NCBI GenBank assembly: GCA_041670045.1
Contig: JBAXZY010000001.1
Location: 12,213-76,212 of the forward strand
Reading direction: 5' to 3'
DNA from: Bacilli bacterium
Lineage (GTDB): Bacteria > Bacillota_I > Bacilli_A > RFN20 > CAG-288
Length of the DNA: 64,000 bases
In this document: positions 39,759 through 49,111 of the stretch, piece by piece
Layout: each line of letters begins with the position of its first letter
Position numbering within the stretch: the first letter of the stretch is position 1
Notes under the pieces: generated by a model
What the model saw: the letters and a program-made list of their open reading frames with translations, nothing else
What the model was told of the DNA's origin: nothing
Database searches by the model: none
Made by a program: the position numbers and the translations under genes

Positions 39759-40205
39759 CTAGAACGTATCATAGATCTTATCGGCGCTCTTACTCAGTTC
39801 CTGGTTAAGAGTAGTGGCTCTCTTGCAGTATTCGTTCAGCTCCGTGATCTTGCTTTCGTAGACCGCCACCTCTTCCCTAGCTAAGGGAGTAGCGTTATCG
39901 ATATAGAAATAGCTGACTAGATAATCACGTTTCAGAATCACAAACCGCAAAGAAGCCTGCTCTCTCTCTGATAAGCCAGCTGATAAGAGCTTCAGCAAAG
40001 CCTCCGAGCCAATCGATTCATTATCGACAATGGCGCTTTTAGCTAAGCTTTCGGCTCCCGCCAACACTAAGCTCTTTTCTAATTTGCCATCATAGGAAGA
40101 GACCGCTTTTGCTAAATAAAGAACTCGAAAAGCGTTCTTGACTGCAAACTGACTTAATTGCAGGAAATTGCCCGTCAAATAGGTTATCTTCTCCATGTAA
40201 GTCAT
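39759..40205 (-). CDS. Hypothetical protein upstream of rpmF (the position of the DUF177/YceD-like gene in other Firmicutes, but it lacks the Cys ribbon)
   Basis: 148 aa with no motif recognised. Confidence 0.35.
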   Translation of the reverse strand: MTYMEKITYLTGNFLQLSQFAVKNAFRVLYLAKAVSSYDGKLEKSLVLAGAESLAKSAIVDNESIGSEALLKLLSAGLSEREQASLRFVILKRDYLVSYFYIDNATPLAREEVAVYESKITELNEYCKRATTLNQELSKSADKIYDTF

Positions 40206-40278
40206 AGTGTTCCTCCTAAAGCAAGAAAAAACCCACTCACGTGGGTTTTAAAATCAAACAAGCAAAACGAAAAAGGAA

Positions 40279-40464
40279 TTAGTCCTTTTCCTTAACGTCC
40301 ATGACCTTCTTGCCGTCATAATAACCGCAATTAGGGCAAACGTGATGGGGCTTGACCATCGCTCCACAATTGGAGCAAGCCGAAACATTGACAGCCTTTA
40401 ATCCTAAATGCTGTCTTCTCAGTCTCTTCTTAGTAACGCCTGTTCTTCTAAAAGGTACTGCCAT
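40279..40464 (-). CDS. rpmF: 50S ribosomal protein L32
   Basis: 'MAVPFRRTGVTKKRLRRQH' and 'CSNCG...CPNCGYY' form the L32 zinc ribbon. Confidence 0.85.
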   Translation of the reverse strand: MAVPFRRTGVTKKRLRRQHLGLKAVNVSACSNCGAMVKPHHVCPNCGYYDGKKVMDVKEKD

Positions 40465-40618
40465 ATGCTTAGCCTCCGCTATAAATCTTTTCTAAACAGC
40501 AAGGCTTATTATAAGGCTACCCCCCAAGAAAGTAAACAATAATTTATCAAATTCAGGAAGAAGACCTAATAAGCTTTTCAGATGAATCCCAGATTAATCC
40601 AATCCCGACATTCGAAGA

Positions 40619-42028
40619 CTATTTCCAGCTGATGGAATTATACAAGGCCAGGTATTCTTTAGCAGACTTCGACCAGCTGTAGTCACCCTTCATGCCGTTT
40701 TCGATAAGGACATGGAAATCAGGATCATGATAGTGTCTAGCCGAGGCTCTGAAGGCATTGATGAAGCCATAATAATCAGTGTTAGAAAAAACATAGCCGG
40801 TCGCTTCATTGCCTAAAGAAACATCCTTCACGGTGTCATTGAGACCGCCGACATTGGAGACAATCGGAACCGAACCGTAGCGCATAGCAATCAGCTGACT
40901 GGTGCCACAGGGTTCAAAATAGCTAGGCATTAAGAAGAAGTCGCAAGCCGCATAAAGCATATGGGCTAAGTTCTCATCATAACGCTTAATGAAATAGACT
41001 TCCGGATGATTAAGTGACTTATAGAGGAAATCGTCTTCCATCTCACCAGTCCCAATTACAATGAGACGGGCATCCGGTTCCTTCAAGTTGTTGAAGGTGT
41101 CCATGATTCTCTCAACGCCTTTCTGAGATGAAAGACGGGTGATGGCGGCATATAAAGGACCTGTGAAATGATCGTCCATGCCACAGAGTTTTAAGATGGC
41201 TTCCTTATTGGCTTTCTTGCCAGCAGCATAATCATTGATGCCATAGTTCTGGGCGAGATTCTTATCCGTCTCCGGATTCCAAACATCAGTATCAAGGCCA
41301 TTGACAATGCCGGAGAAATCAAAGTGGCGGCACCAATCAATGATGGCACCAATGCCGCCAAAGCCGTCATGGTCGCTGATAAGCTCCCTTGCATGAGTCT
41401 TGGAGACAGTGTTGATTTTATCGGCTGACATGATGCCAGTTTTTAAGAAGTTGAAAGAGTTGCCAAGTCTAGCAAATCCAGTATCATAATAGCCGGTATG
41501 AAGATTGAAGAACAAAGATAAGTCTTCGCGATTAGCCCAGCCTTGATAAGCCGGATTATGAATCGTCAGAATCGTTTTAATGGATTTAGGATTGTAATTA
41601 AGCAATAAAGGCACGATAGCCGTTTCCCAATCGTTGCAGTGGACGACATCAAATTCATTGTGTCTTGTGATGAAGGTATTGACAGCCATCATGAAGCAGG
41701 CAAATCTTTCATTGTCATCGCCATAGCCATAAAGATTGTCTCTTTCAAATCGATCCATGGCCGTGAAATAGAAGTTGACACCGGAATTGACGACATGGAA
41801 AACACCGCATCCCTGAGTACGCCAGCTCATCTTGAATTCAAACTGATCATATAATTCCTTAATGGTCTCCGGATGCTTGTTCTTGACGATGTTGTATAGA
41901 GGCATGATGACAGAGACCTGCTGTCCCTCTTTGACAAGGGCTTTGCTATAGGAATAAATGAAGTCAGCCAGTCCACCGGATTTAGCGTAAGGAAGAGCTT
42001 CACTAGTTACAAGAAGAATGTTCATCAA
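40619..42028 (-). CDS. glgA: Glycogen synthase (GT5, ADP-glucose type)
   Basis: 'EALPYAKSGGLADF' is the KTGGL-type motif. The protein is 469 aa and overlaps glgD by 4 nt. Confidence 0.9.
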   Translation of the reverse strand: MMNILLVTSEALPYAKSGGLADFIYSYSKALVKEGQQVSVIMPLYNIVKNKHPETIKELYDQFEFKMSWRTQGCGVFHVVNSGVNFYFTAMDRFERDNLYGYGDDNERFACFMMAVNTFITRHNEFDVVHCNDWETAIVPLLLNYNPKSIKTILTIHNPAYQGWANREDLSLFFNLHTGYYDTGFARLGNSFNFLKTGIMSADKINTVSKTHARELISDHDGFGGIGAIIDWCRHFDFSGIVNGLDTDVWNPETDKNLAQNYGINDYAAGKKANKEAILKLCGMDDHFTGPLYAAITRLSSQKGVERIMDTFNNLKEPDARLIVIGTGEMEDDFLYKSLNHPEVYFIKRYDENLAHMLYAACDFFLMPSYFEPCGTSQLIAMRYGSVPIVSNVGGLNDTVKDVSLGNEATGYVFSNTDYYGFINAFRASARHYHDPDFHVLIENGMKGDYSWSKSAKEYLALYNSISWK

Positions 42029-43140
42029 ACAATGTCTCCTCTGGAAATATAGAGCGGATCATCCAGGGTTCCGACAACTTCGGAGATATGAAGAACCTGG
42101 GCTTCTTTGTCAACCACGGCATTCTCAATATGGGTATTCTCATCAATGATGGCATCGGAACCGATGACCGCATTCTTGATGATGGCGCCTTTCTTGACAA
42201 CAACGCCACGTCCTAAAACGGAATTGATAACAGTGCCTTCAATGATGGAACCATTAGCAATGTAGGAGTTTTCAACATGGCAACCAGACTTGTAAAGAAC
42301 CGGAGGAGTATCATAAGTCTTGGTATAAATCGGCCATTTGTCGGCAAAGAGTTCATGGAAGGTGTTTTCATCCAATAGCTCTAAAGAGAACTTCAGATAA
42401 TGGCTTAAAGAATCAAAGCAACGGACATAGTCGTTCAGTTTGACAGCTTTGATCAGAACGGAAGAAGACAGGTAATTGAGGGTATCGGATAAACCAAAGA
42501 AAGAACTGGTTCCTTTAGCATAATCAAGTAAGCTTTCCAGCATCGGATAATCCATGATGTAGGTGCCTAAAGAAATATCGCCTTCATCCATTTCGCCACG
42601 GTTAGGTTCCATCTTCGTGATCTTTCCGCGGTCAGTCAGCCAGATCTTGCTTTGATTGATGAAACTCTTCTTCAGGTTAGTGCCATGCATGTAAAGCATG
42701 GTGATTCTAGCACCGCTAGCAATATGTTCCTGAATCAAAGCCTTGAAATCCGCCTCATAAACCATGTAGGGAGGAGCAATGACAACATAATCAGGTTTGA
42801 CCTGTCGCATAAACCACCGGTTTTCGTTGATATCAGCGACATCAGTGTTATAGCCTGGGTTTGCAACATTAGGTTCATCATACAGAACCTGGAAATCACC
42901 GATCTTGGTATTGTTGATCCAGGAACGGCCATTGCCGACATGACGGGAAAGGGAACGGATATGATTCTGACAGAGAATGCCGATTGAGGGAATGCCGGAA
43001 TTGAGGAAGTTAGATAGCGGAACATCAATAAAAGCATAACGTCCTAAAAAGGAAGTAGAAGCAATGGCGCGATGACGAGTCATCGGACCAAAGTCGGGAT
43101 TATCGAAGCAATTAACTAAGCCAAGTACTTTGACTGACAT
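42025..43140 (-). CDS. glgD: Glucose-1-phosphate adenylyltransferase regulatory subunit GlgD
   Basis: It has the nucleotidyl-transferase fold plus a left-handed beta-helix C-terminus and lacks the GGxGxRL catalytic loop. It follows glgC. Confidence 0.75.
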   Translation of the reverse strand: MSVKVLGLVNCFDNPDFGPMTRHRAIASTSFLGRYAFIDVPLSNFLNSGIPSIGILCQNHIRSLSRHVGNGRSWINNTKIGDFQVLYDEPNVANPGYNTDVADINENRWFMRQVKPDYVVIAPPYMVYEADFKALIQEHIASGARITMLYMHGTNLKKSFINQSKIWLTDRGKITKMEPNRGEMDEGDISLGTYIMDYPMLESLLDYAKGTSSFFGLSDTLNYLSSSVLIKAVKLNDYVRCFDSLSHYLKFSLELLDENTFHELFADKWPIYTKTYDTPPVLYKSGCHVENSYIANGSIIEGTVINSVLGRGVVVKKGAIIKNAVIGSDAIIDENTHIENAVVDKEAQVLHISEVVGTLDDPLYISRGDIV

Positions 43141-43154
43141 GTTTCTCTCCTCCT

Positions 43155-44264
43155 TTACTTGTCATTGACTAGAAGCGCATCAGTAGGCGTTCCAATCTTG
43201 TCTTGCGAAACCACAACCGAGCTTCCGACAATGGCATCAGTGACTTTGACACCGGCCTTGATGGTAGCTCCGGGCATAATGAAGCTGTCTTTGACGACAG
43301 CGCCTTTTTCAATTGTGACTTCATTGGAAATAACAGAATGATAGACACTGCCTCTGACAACGGCGCCTTGATTGACGATAGAATCATCAACAACGGCACT
43401 AGGAGAGATGAACTGAGGCTTAGAGAAGGTATCAGCGGAATAAATCTTGAAGCTAGGGGAGAAAAGATCAAGTGTGCATTTGTCATCCAACAAATCCATA
43501 TTGGCTTCCCATAAGGAATGAATCGTTCCGACATCCTTCCAATAGCCAGTGAATGGATAGGCAAAAAGACGTTTTCCGGCATCTAAAAGAGTCGGCAGAA
43601 CATCCTTGCCAAAATCATGGCTTGAGCCTTTAGTGTCGGCATCCTTGATCAAAGCCTCACGGAGCAGGGAATAAGTGAAGATATAGATACCCATTGAAGC
43701 ATAGTCGGATTTAGGAACTTTAGGTTTCTCCTGGAACTCATTGATGCGGTTTTCCTTGTCGGTGCAGACGATGCCAAATCTAGGGGCCTCGCTAAGAGGA
43801 ACCTTGATGCAGGCAATAGTCACATCAGCGGCATTCTTCTTATGGAATGCCAGCATCTCGGAATAATCCATTTTATAAATATGATCGCCTGATAGAATGA
43901 CCACATATTCGCAGTGGGTCTTATCCAGCCAATCAATATTCTGATAAATAGCATCAGCTGTTCCGGAATACCAGTTAGCACCCTTAGGTGTCTCTCTAGG
44001 AGGAAGAATCGAAGCTAAAGCCCCGGTTCCGTTCAAACCCCAGTTTCTTCCCGTACCGATATAATTATTCAAAACCGTCGATTCATATTGAGTAGCAACA
44101 CCGACGGCATTGATTCCGGAATTGGCAACATTCGAAAGTGGGAAATCGATGATACGGTACTTGCCTCCGAAAAATACGGCCGGCTTAGCGACTTTGGCTG
44201 TCAAAGACTGCAAACGTGTCCCTCGGCCACCAGCTAGGATTAATGCAACCATCTCTTCTTTCAT
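43155..44264 (-). CDS. glgC: Glucose-1-phosphate adenylyltransferase
   Basis: 'ILAGGRGTRL', 'FGGKYRIIDF' and a C-terminal hexapeptide-repeat helix. Confidence 0.9.
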   Translation of the reverse strand: MKEEMVALILAGGRGTRLQSLTAKVAKPAVFFGGKYRIIDFPLSNVANSGINAVGVATQYESTVLNNYIGTGRNWGLNGTGALASILPPRETPKGANWYSGTADAIYQNIDWLDKTHCEYVVILSGDHIYKMDYSEMLAFHKKNAADVTIACIKVPLSEAPRFGIVCTDKENRINEFQEKPKVPKSDYASMGIYIFTYSLLREALIKDADTKGSSHDFGKDVLPTLLDAGKRLFAYPFTGYWKDVGTIHSLWEANMDLLDDKCTLDLFSPSFKIYSADTFSKPQFISPSAVVDDSIVNQGAVVRGSVYHSVISNEVTIEKGAVVKDSFIMPGATIKAGVKVTDAIVGSSVVVSQDKIGTPTDALLVNDK

Positions 44265-44563
44265 TAAGATAGCCTCCCTTGCTTGTTTAGTGTAAACGCT
44301 TTCAAAGCTAAATATATTATATAACTACATATACTGGTTTTCATCAATTTTTATAGTAATTGTCTACTTTTTTACGTTGCCAGTAGGACATATTACGTTT
44401 GAAAGCAAAAAAGAAACGAATGAAGACAATACTGAAGTTCAGATAGCAGCTGCCAACTAAAAATCCAAAAGCTTAACTGATACTTTATTTTAGCAAGGAT
44501 ATTTATTAATTCATCTCTTTTAGAAATAAAAGCGGATACTTTTCAGAATTCAGCTGTAAAACT

Positions 44564-44589
44564 AAAAACCGGCAGTGTTTGACTGCCGG
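44564..44589 (-). terminator. Rho-independent terminator after the SMC-like gene (ccggcagt-gtttg-actgccgg; T-run on the minus strand)
   Basis: An 8-bp GC-rich stem lies 7 nt past the stop and is flanked by AAAAA on the plus strand. Confidence 0.65.
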
Positions 44590-44595
44590 ATTAAT

Positions 44596-47500
44596 TTACT
44601 TATTTTCGGAATCAGAATCAGATGATGGGGTAACAGCTGAAGCATCTGCTGCCGTAGTATCAGCTTTAGCATCGGTTGGAGTAGCAGCCGTCTCAGTTGT
44701 GGCTTCTTCCGGTTTTGCCGCACTTAGAGGAAGAGTAGCCGTCTCTAGGTCCGGGACAGCTTCTTCACCGTTAGCTAAGGAAGCAACCGGATTACTGTCA
44801 GACTTCTTTTCTCTCTTCTTCTCTTCATAGACATCCAAGCCAGAACGCTTACGCTTCTCATCATGGATGGTGACTAAGATCAGGTCAACGTAAGAGACCA
44901 AGTCTCTCAGTTTCTCACTAGGAGTCGATAAGATAGCCTGTAAACCGAACTGTCTTAATAAGTCAGTCGATTTCATGATACGGGCACTATCCATCTTGGA
45001 GAAGGCTTCATCGAAGATGACTAAACGGAGGGTGTTGTTGTCTTTAGGGTTGTTGGCTCTCGTCAATGAGGCAAAGGAAGCTAAAATAGCGATATAGAAC
45101 GGAGTCTGAGTCTCACCGCCGGACTGACTCTTGAATGATCTTCCTAAGGAGATCGTCTGGGAGCCTTCTCCGGTGCCTCTTGTGACCAGTAAGTCAAAGA
45201 GAATATAAGTAGTATAGGAAGTAAAGGTCTCAACATTCTTCAGCAACTGCTCACGCTGCTCACCGGTAGCACTGGTAGAGGAAGAAATCAAAGCGAAGAG
45301 ATCATCCATCGTGGACTTGTACTTCTCCATGAAAAGATTCTCGGCATCGCCGGCTTTAAGAAGAAGCGGATCCATAATCATATTGTAGTATTCAAGATAA
45401 TCCTTGTTGGGTGAAACCTTGAACTGATAGGAATCACGGCCAAAGCGGTTATCGGCTAAGGCAACATTGAGATCATCAATCTGACTGTTGACCGTTTCAA
45501 TGGCGGTTCTCAGTTTATAGATGAAGTCATCCTTGAACTCTCTGATTGACTGTTCATGAGCGGTGACGATCTTGCTCTGATAATCAGGAAGCATGACCTT
45601 GGAGATATTCTCCAGCTCCTTATCAAACTCACTGTTGTCTTTATCGTTGGTGACATTGTAGTTAAGGGTATAGGTGGCACAGTAGTCGCTTCTCAGTTTC
45701 AACAGGTTATCCTTATCGCCGCGCTGTTTGTTCTGGGCCTGAATGTATTCACGGCTGGCTTCGACTCTGATCTGGCTTAAAGTCATATGCTGTTCATCGA
45801 AGAGCTTGTTATAGAAAGGATCATATTCCTTGTTGACGACTTCGCCGTCAAAGGCATCCAACTGAACTTTGAAGTCAGAAGCATTCTTCATAGCTAACGG
45901 GATTTCATTGCCATTAAGACGGTTAGTCTCATTCAATAAGGAACCACGTTCAGTAAGCAGATCCTCTCTCTCTTTGCTGATAGTAGCAATATCCGCATTG
46001 ATGGCCTCAATCTTCTTTTCGACTTCAGACATGTCTCCTAAAGTAGCATCATGCATCTCACTGTCGACATTAGTAAGATTCTGCTGAAGCATAGAGATAT
46101 CATGGCTACGATCAATGTCGCTCTGATAAGTGTTGCATTCCTCAACGGACATCACCGGCAGAGTCAATAAAGTCTGTAACTTATTGAGAGCTTCCGACAA
46201 TAAGGAGTAACGCTTGTTCATCTCCTGATAATCTTTAGCTGATAAAGCCTTAGTATCATTGGAGACCTTGGTTCCTAAGAAATAGACGGCGGCATTGGCT
46301 TTATTCAGATACCAAGTGGCAAAGCCACGGTAGCCGGTGCAATCGGAAAGCAAGCCGGAACCCGACTGTCTTGCCTCATCAAAGGTAGTGCACTTCTTGA
46401 TTCTTCCTAAAAGATAATCGGAATAGGCTCTAGCACCTTCATCATTGGTATCAATCAGGTTGGCGATAGAATCATCGTTAGGATCGATATTGGCACGCAA
46501 CAGTCTTTCCGTATCAACTAAGGAAACACGGTAATAATGGTAAGTATCGGTCATTTCCTTCAATAAACGGTTAGCTTCCTCATAATACTGAGGATTGACG
46601 AAGAAGTTGAATTTCTGGGCATAGAGGACAGCCTCTAAAGCCATAGTCCATTCGGGATCATTGACATCCACTAAGTCGCAGAAAATATGAACATAGGCAT
46701 CGGAGTGACGGCTCTTGAGACTGGTTTCCAGCGACTGACGGATAGCCTGATAGTTTGGTCCAAGTTTCTCAAAAGGTTTCTTGCCTTGGTTGACGGCGCT
46801 TAAATCCGACTGCAAAGACTGCAAAGAATCAGAGACTTCGTAGAACTCATTGTTGAGAAGGGAGCGTAAAGACAAAGTCTCGTTGCGAAGACTCTCCATG
46901 TCGTTTCTAAAGGCTTTGACATTGTCAAAATCCACCTGGTCATTATCAACTTCGGTCAATAACTCCTTGGATTCATCGGCAATATCCTTAGCTAATTCCA
47001 ATAATTCATCAAAGCTCTTCTGAATCTTGGTTCCTAATCTTTCGGAATTGAACTGGGAATAATAAAGAGAGAATTCCGAGCAGATCTTCTGATAATCGGA
47101 GCAGTAATTGACAAGCTTAGTCATGACTGACGATACGGACATCTGAATTGAAGTGATCTGTTTAGTGATGTTCTCTTTCTTCATCGACAGCTTTTCAGTC
47201 AAAGAATAGTTGCTCGACTGCAGTTTCTTAGCCTGATAGGAAGACAAGTCACTGCGAAGATCTTCCATCTGATGGTCAAACTGGGCCAGCTGATTGGAAA
47301 TGGCCATCAAACGGTCATTGTCCTTCTTCAGCTGATCATTCAAATTATCCAGTTTCTTCTTGTTTTCTTCATAATAGACACGGGCATTGATATAGGTCAG
47401 CATATCAAGCTTGCGGTCATAGGAACGATAAGACTCATACGTCTCATGAATCTTATTTAGAGTCTCGACTTTAGCCGTTAATCTCTTGGCTTCCAATTCC

Positions 47501-48231
47501 AGAATCTTGTACTGTTCGATATTCTTCTGCATCGGAGTGATATCGACATTGATGTCGGCATCACAGATATACTCAGTGATGAAAGAAGAAATATCGCTGA
47601 TCGGGGAGAAAGAGACGGCCTTCTTGAACAAAGAGAAATATTTATCGGAAAGGTTTCCGAAGGCTTCCTTGATGAAGCTCTGATATTCAATATCGGAATC
47701 AAAGAAACGGAAATGGTTGACTTTGTAGTTAGCTCTAGCCCAAGTAGAAAGCTCACGGTAACGTAACGGACGGACTTTCTTTGAATTAGTCTCGGTTTCA
47801 TTGTTGTTGAAGTCATTAGCCGGGAAAGCGGAATCAAGATAGAAATAATGCTTATCAATGGAATCGGAGGCATCGACATCGAAGACGACACCTAACGTGA
47901 AATAACGGTTTTCGGTGTCATCAAAAATTTCGATGGCAATATAAGAAGTGAAGCTGCCGTCACGTAAGTTCATGACGGAGCCATCGTCCTTAATACCAGT
48001 CTGTCCTCGTAAATAAGAGAGCAAAGTACGACCGGATCGGCCCTTTTCGTTAGCGGCCTTATTGAAGTTATCAGGTCTAGTGGTACCAAGAATCAGAATC
48101 TGAAGAGCATCAATGATAGTGGATTTACCAGTGCCGTTAGGACCAGTCAAGAAGGTGATGTTCTTAATATCAGTCGTAGTATTGGAAAAGTAATGCCAGT
48201 TGATTAAACGCAGTTTAGTTAGGTTTTTCAT
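44596..48231 (-). CDS. MukB/MksB/JetC-family SMC-like ATPase (condensin-like) with an acidic, low-complexity C-terminal tail
   Basis: 1211 aa. The N-terminus 'LRLINWHYF...ITFLTGPNGTGKSTIIDAL' parallels the MukB 'LTLINWNGF...LSGGNGAGKST' head. Long coiled-coil arms follow. The C-terminal head has the signature 'SQSGGETQ' and Walker B/D-loop 'LVIFDEAFSKMD'. It is translationally coupled to the upstream gene (TAATG). Confidence 0.8.
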   Translation of the reverse strand: MKNLTKLRLINWHYFSNTTTDIKNITFLTGPNGTGKSTIIDALQILILGTTRPDNFNKAANEKGRSGRTLLSYLRGQTGIKDDGSVMNLRDGSFTSYIAIEIFDDTENRYFTLGVVFDVDASDSIDKHYFYLDSAFPANDFNNNETETNSKKVRPLRYRELSTWARANYKVNHFRFFDSDIEYQSFIKEAFGNLSDKYFSLFKKAVSFSPISDISSFITEYICDADINVDITPMQKNIEQYKILELEAKRLTAKVETLNKIHETYESYRSYDRKLDMLTYINARVYYEENKKKLDNLNDQLKKDNDRLMAISNQLAQFDHQMEDLRSDLSSYQAKKLQSSNYSLTEKLSMKKENITKQITSIQMSVSSVMTKLVNYCSDYQKICSEFSLYYSQFNSERLGTKIQKSFDELLELAKDIADESKELLTEVDNDQVDFDNVKAFRNDMESLRNETLSLRSLLNNEFYEVSDSLQSLQSDLSAVNQGKKPFEKLGPNYQAIRQSLETSLKSRHSDAYVHIFCDLVDVNDPEWTMALEAVLYAQKFNFFVNPQYYEEANRLLKEMTDTYHYYRVSLVDTERLLRANIDPNDDSIANLIDTNDEGARAYSDYLLGRIKKCTTFDEARQSGSGLLSDCTGYRGFATWYLNKANAAVYFLGTKVSNDTKALSAKDYQEMNKRYSLLSEALNKLQTLLTLPVMSVEECNTYQSDIDRSHDISMLQQNLTNVDSEMHDATLGDMSEVEKKIEAINADIATISKEREDLLTERGSLLNETNRLNGNEIPLAMKNASDFKVQLDAFDGEVVNKEYDPFYNKLFDEQHMTLSQIRVEASREYIQAQNKQRGDKDNLLKLRSDYCATYTLNYNVTNDKDNSEFDKELENISKVMLPDYQSKIVTAHEQSIREFKDDFIYKLRTAIETVNSQIDDLNVALADNRFGRDSYQFKVSPNKDYLEYYNMIMDPLLLKAGDAENLFMEKYKSTMDDLFALISSSTSATGEQREQLLKNVETFTSYTTYILFDLLVTRGTGEGSQTISLGRSFKSQSGGETQTPFYIAILASFASLTRANNPKDNNTLRLVIFDEAFSKMDSARIMKSTDLLRQFGLQAILSTPSEKLRDLVSYVDLILVTIHDEKRKRSGLDVYEEKKREKKSDSNPVASLANGEEAVPDLETATLPLSAAKPEEATTETAATPTDAKADTTAADASAVTPSSDSDSENK

Positions 48232-49106
48232 TAATTATTGTCTCCTTCATCCTTCTTTTCAGTTGAAGAAGAATCCTCAGAAACTGAGGTGTCAGTATCA
48301 TCTTTGACAGGAATGTCAGGGTTAAGGGGCTCGGTTTCGGTTTTAGCTTCATCCTTGACTGGAATATCAGTGTCTGGATTGCCGGAAGGAGTTGAAAGCA
48401 AGGCCTTAGCTAAGGTCTGAGAGGCATTCGGGTCAAGATTGTCGGAAGTATCGGCATTATTAGCTAAATTTGCTTTATCAAATAAGGAAGGTTCTTCTTC
48501 AGTTTCCGGTCCCTTAGTCAAAAAGTCGTATAAAGTATTCATCTTTTCGGAAGAAATGACATATTTGATAGTTGGCAGAATAAAGAAAGAATAGCTAGGA
48601 TCACCATATGTGCCGTTAGCTCTGGAGACGACATTATAGGAATCCAACTGACGCAAAGAAGAAGCAATCGTGCTAGCCGATAAACGTTTTGATAAATTGG
48701 ATAGACCCATTTCCTGAACTAAGGAATTCAAGGCGCCGCTAGTCATCATGACTTCAGTCTCCTGAGGTGTCTTGCTGATGGCTCCTTCATAAAAGGAACG
48801 AAGAGCGTAAACAATAAGGGTAGTGACACTATCCAGACGTAAATGGTTTCTTTCAGCTCCGGAAGAGACAAAAACAACTCCATCATCGTCATTTTTCGTC
48901 ATCTGCATATCCATATAAGAAAGATAGTCCTCGAAGGTCGAGTAATGTCTTTCAATAAAAAGATAATCCGGATCGGCACGGAACATGCCACTCTTTTTAT
49001 CAAAGGTCTTTCTAACAATGAAGCACTGGTAGAGCAAATCATTTACTGTTTCGGAGAACAGAGCACGATCACTGCGACTCATTTTATTGTAATCATCAAT
49101 AAACAT
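48231..49106 (-). CDS. Putative MukE/MksE/JetB-like (KITE) subunit with an acidic C-terminal extension
   Basis: 291 aa. The assignment rests on the middle position in a kleisin-KITE-SMC gene order and on size. No sequence motif was verified. Confidence 0.45.
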   Translation of the reverse strand: MFIDDYNKMSRSDRALFSETVNDLLYQCFIVRKTFDKKSGMFRADPDYLFIERHYSTFEDYLSYMDMQMTKNDDDGVVFVSSGAERNHLRLDSVTTLIVYALRSFYEGAISKTPQETEVMMTSGALNSLVQEMGLSNLSKRLSASTIASSLRQLDSYNVVSRANGTYGDPSYSFFILPTIKYVISSEKMNTLYDFLTKGPETEEEPSLFDKANLANNADTSDNLDPNASQTLAKALLSTPSGNPDTDIPVKDEAKTETEPLNPDIPVKDDTDTSVSEDSSSTEKKDEGDNN

Positions 49107-49111
49107 ACTTT

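Noticed and set aside
39759-40205. Considered calling the gene upstream of rpmF a DUF177/YceD-family protein
   Set aside because: The characteristic C-terminal CxxC...CxxC zinc ribbon is absent (a single Cys), so it is left as hypothetical.
44265-44595. Searched for a fourth gene (JetD/MksG-like Toprim) at the 3' end of the SMC-like operon
   Set aside because: Only 330 bp of non-coding sequence with a terminator lies between the SMC-like gene and glgC. No ORF larger than 60 aa is present, so the gene is genuinely absent at this locus.
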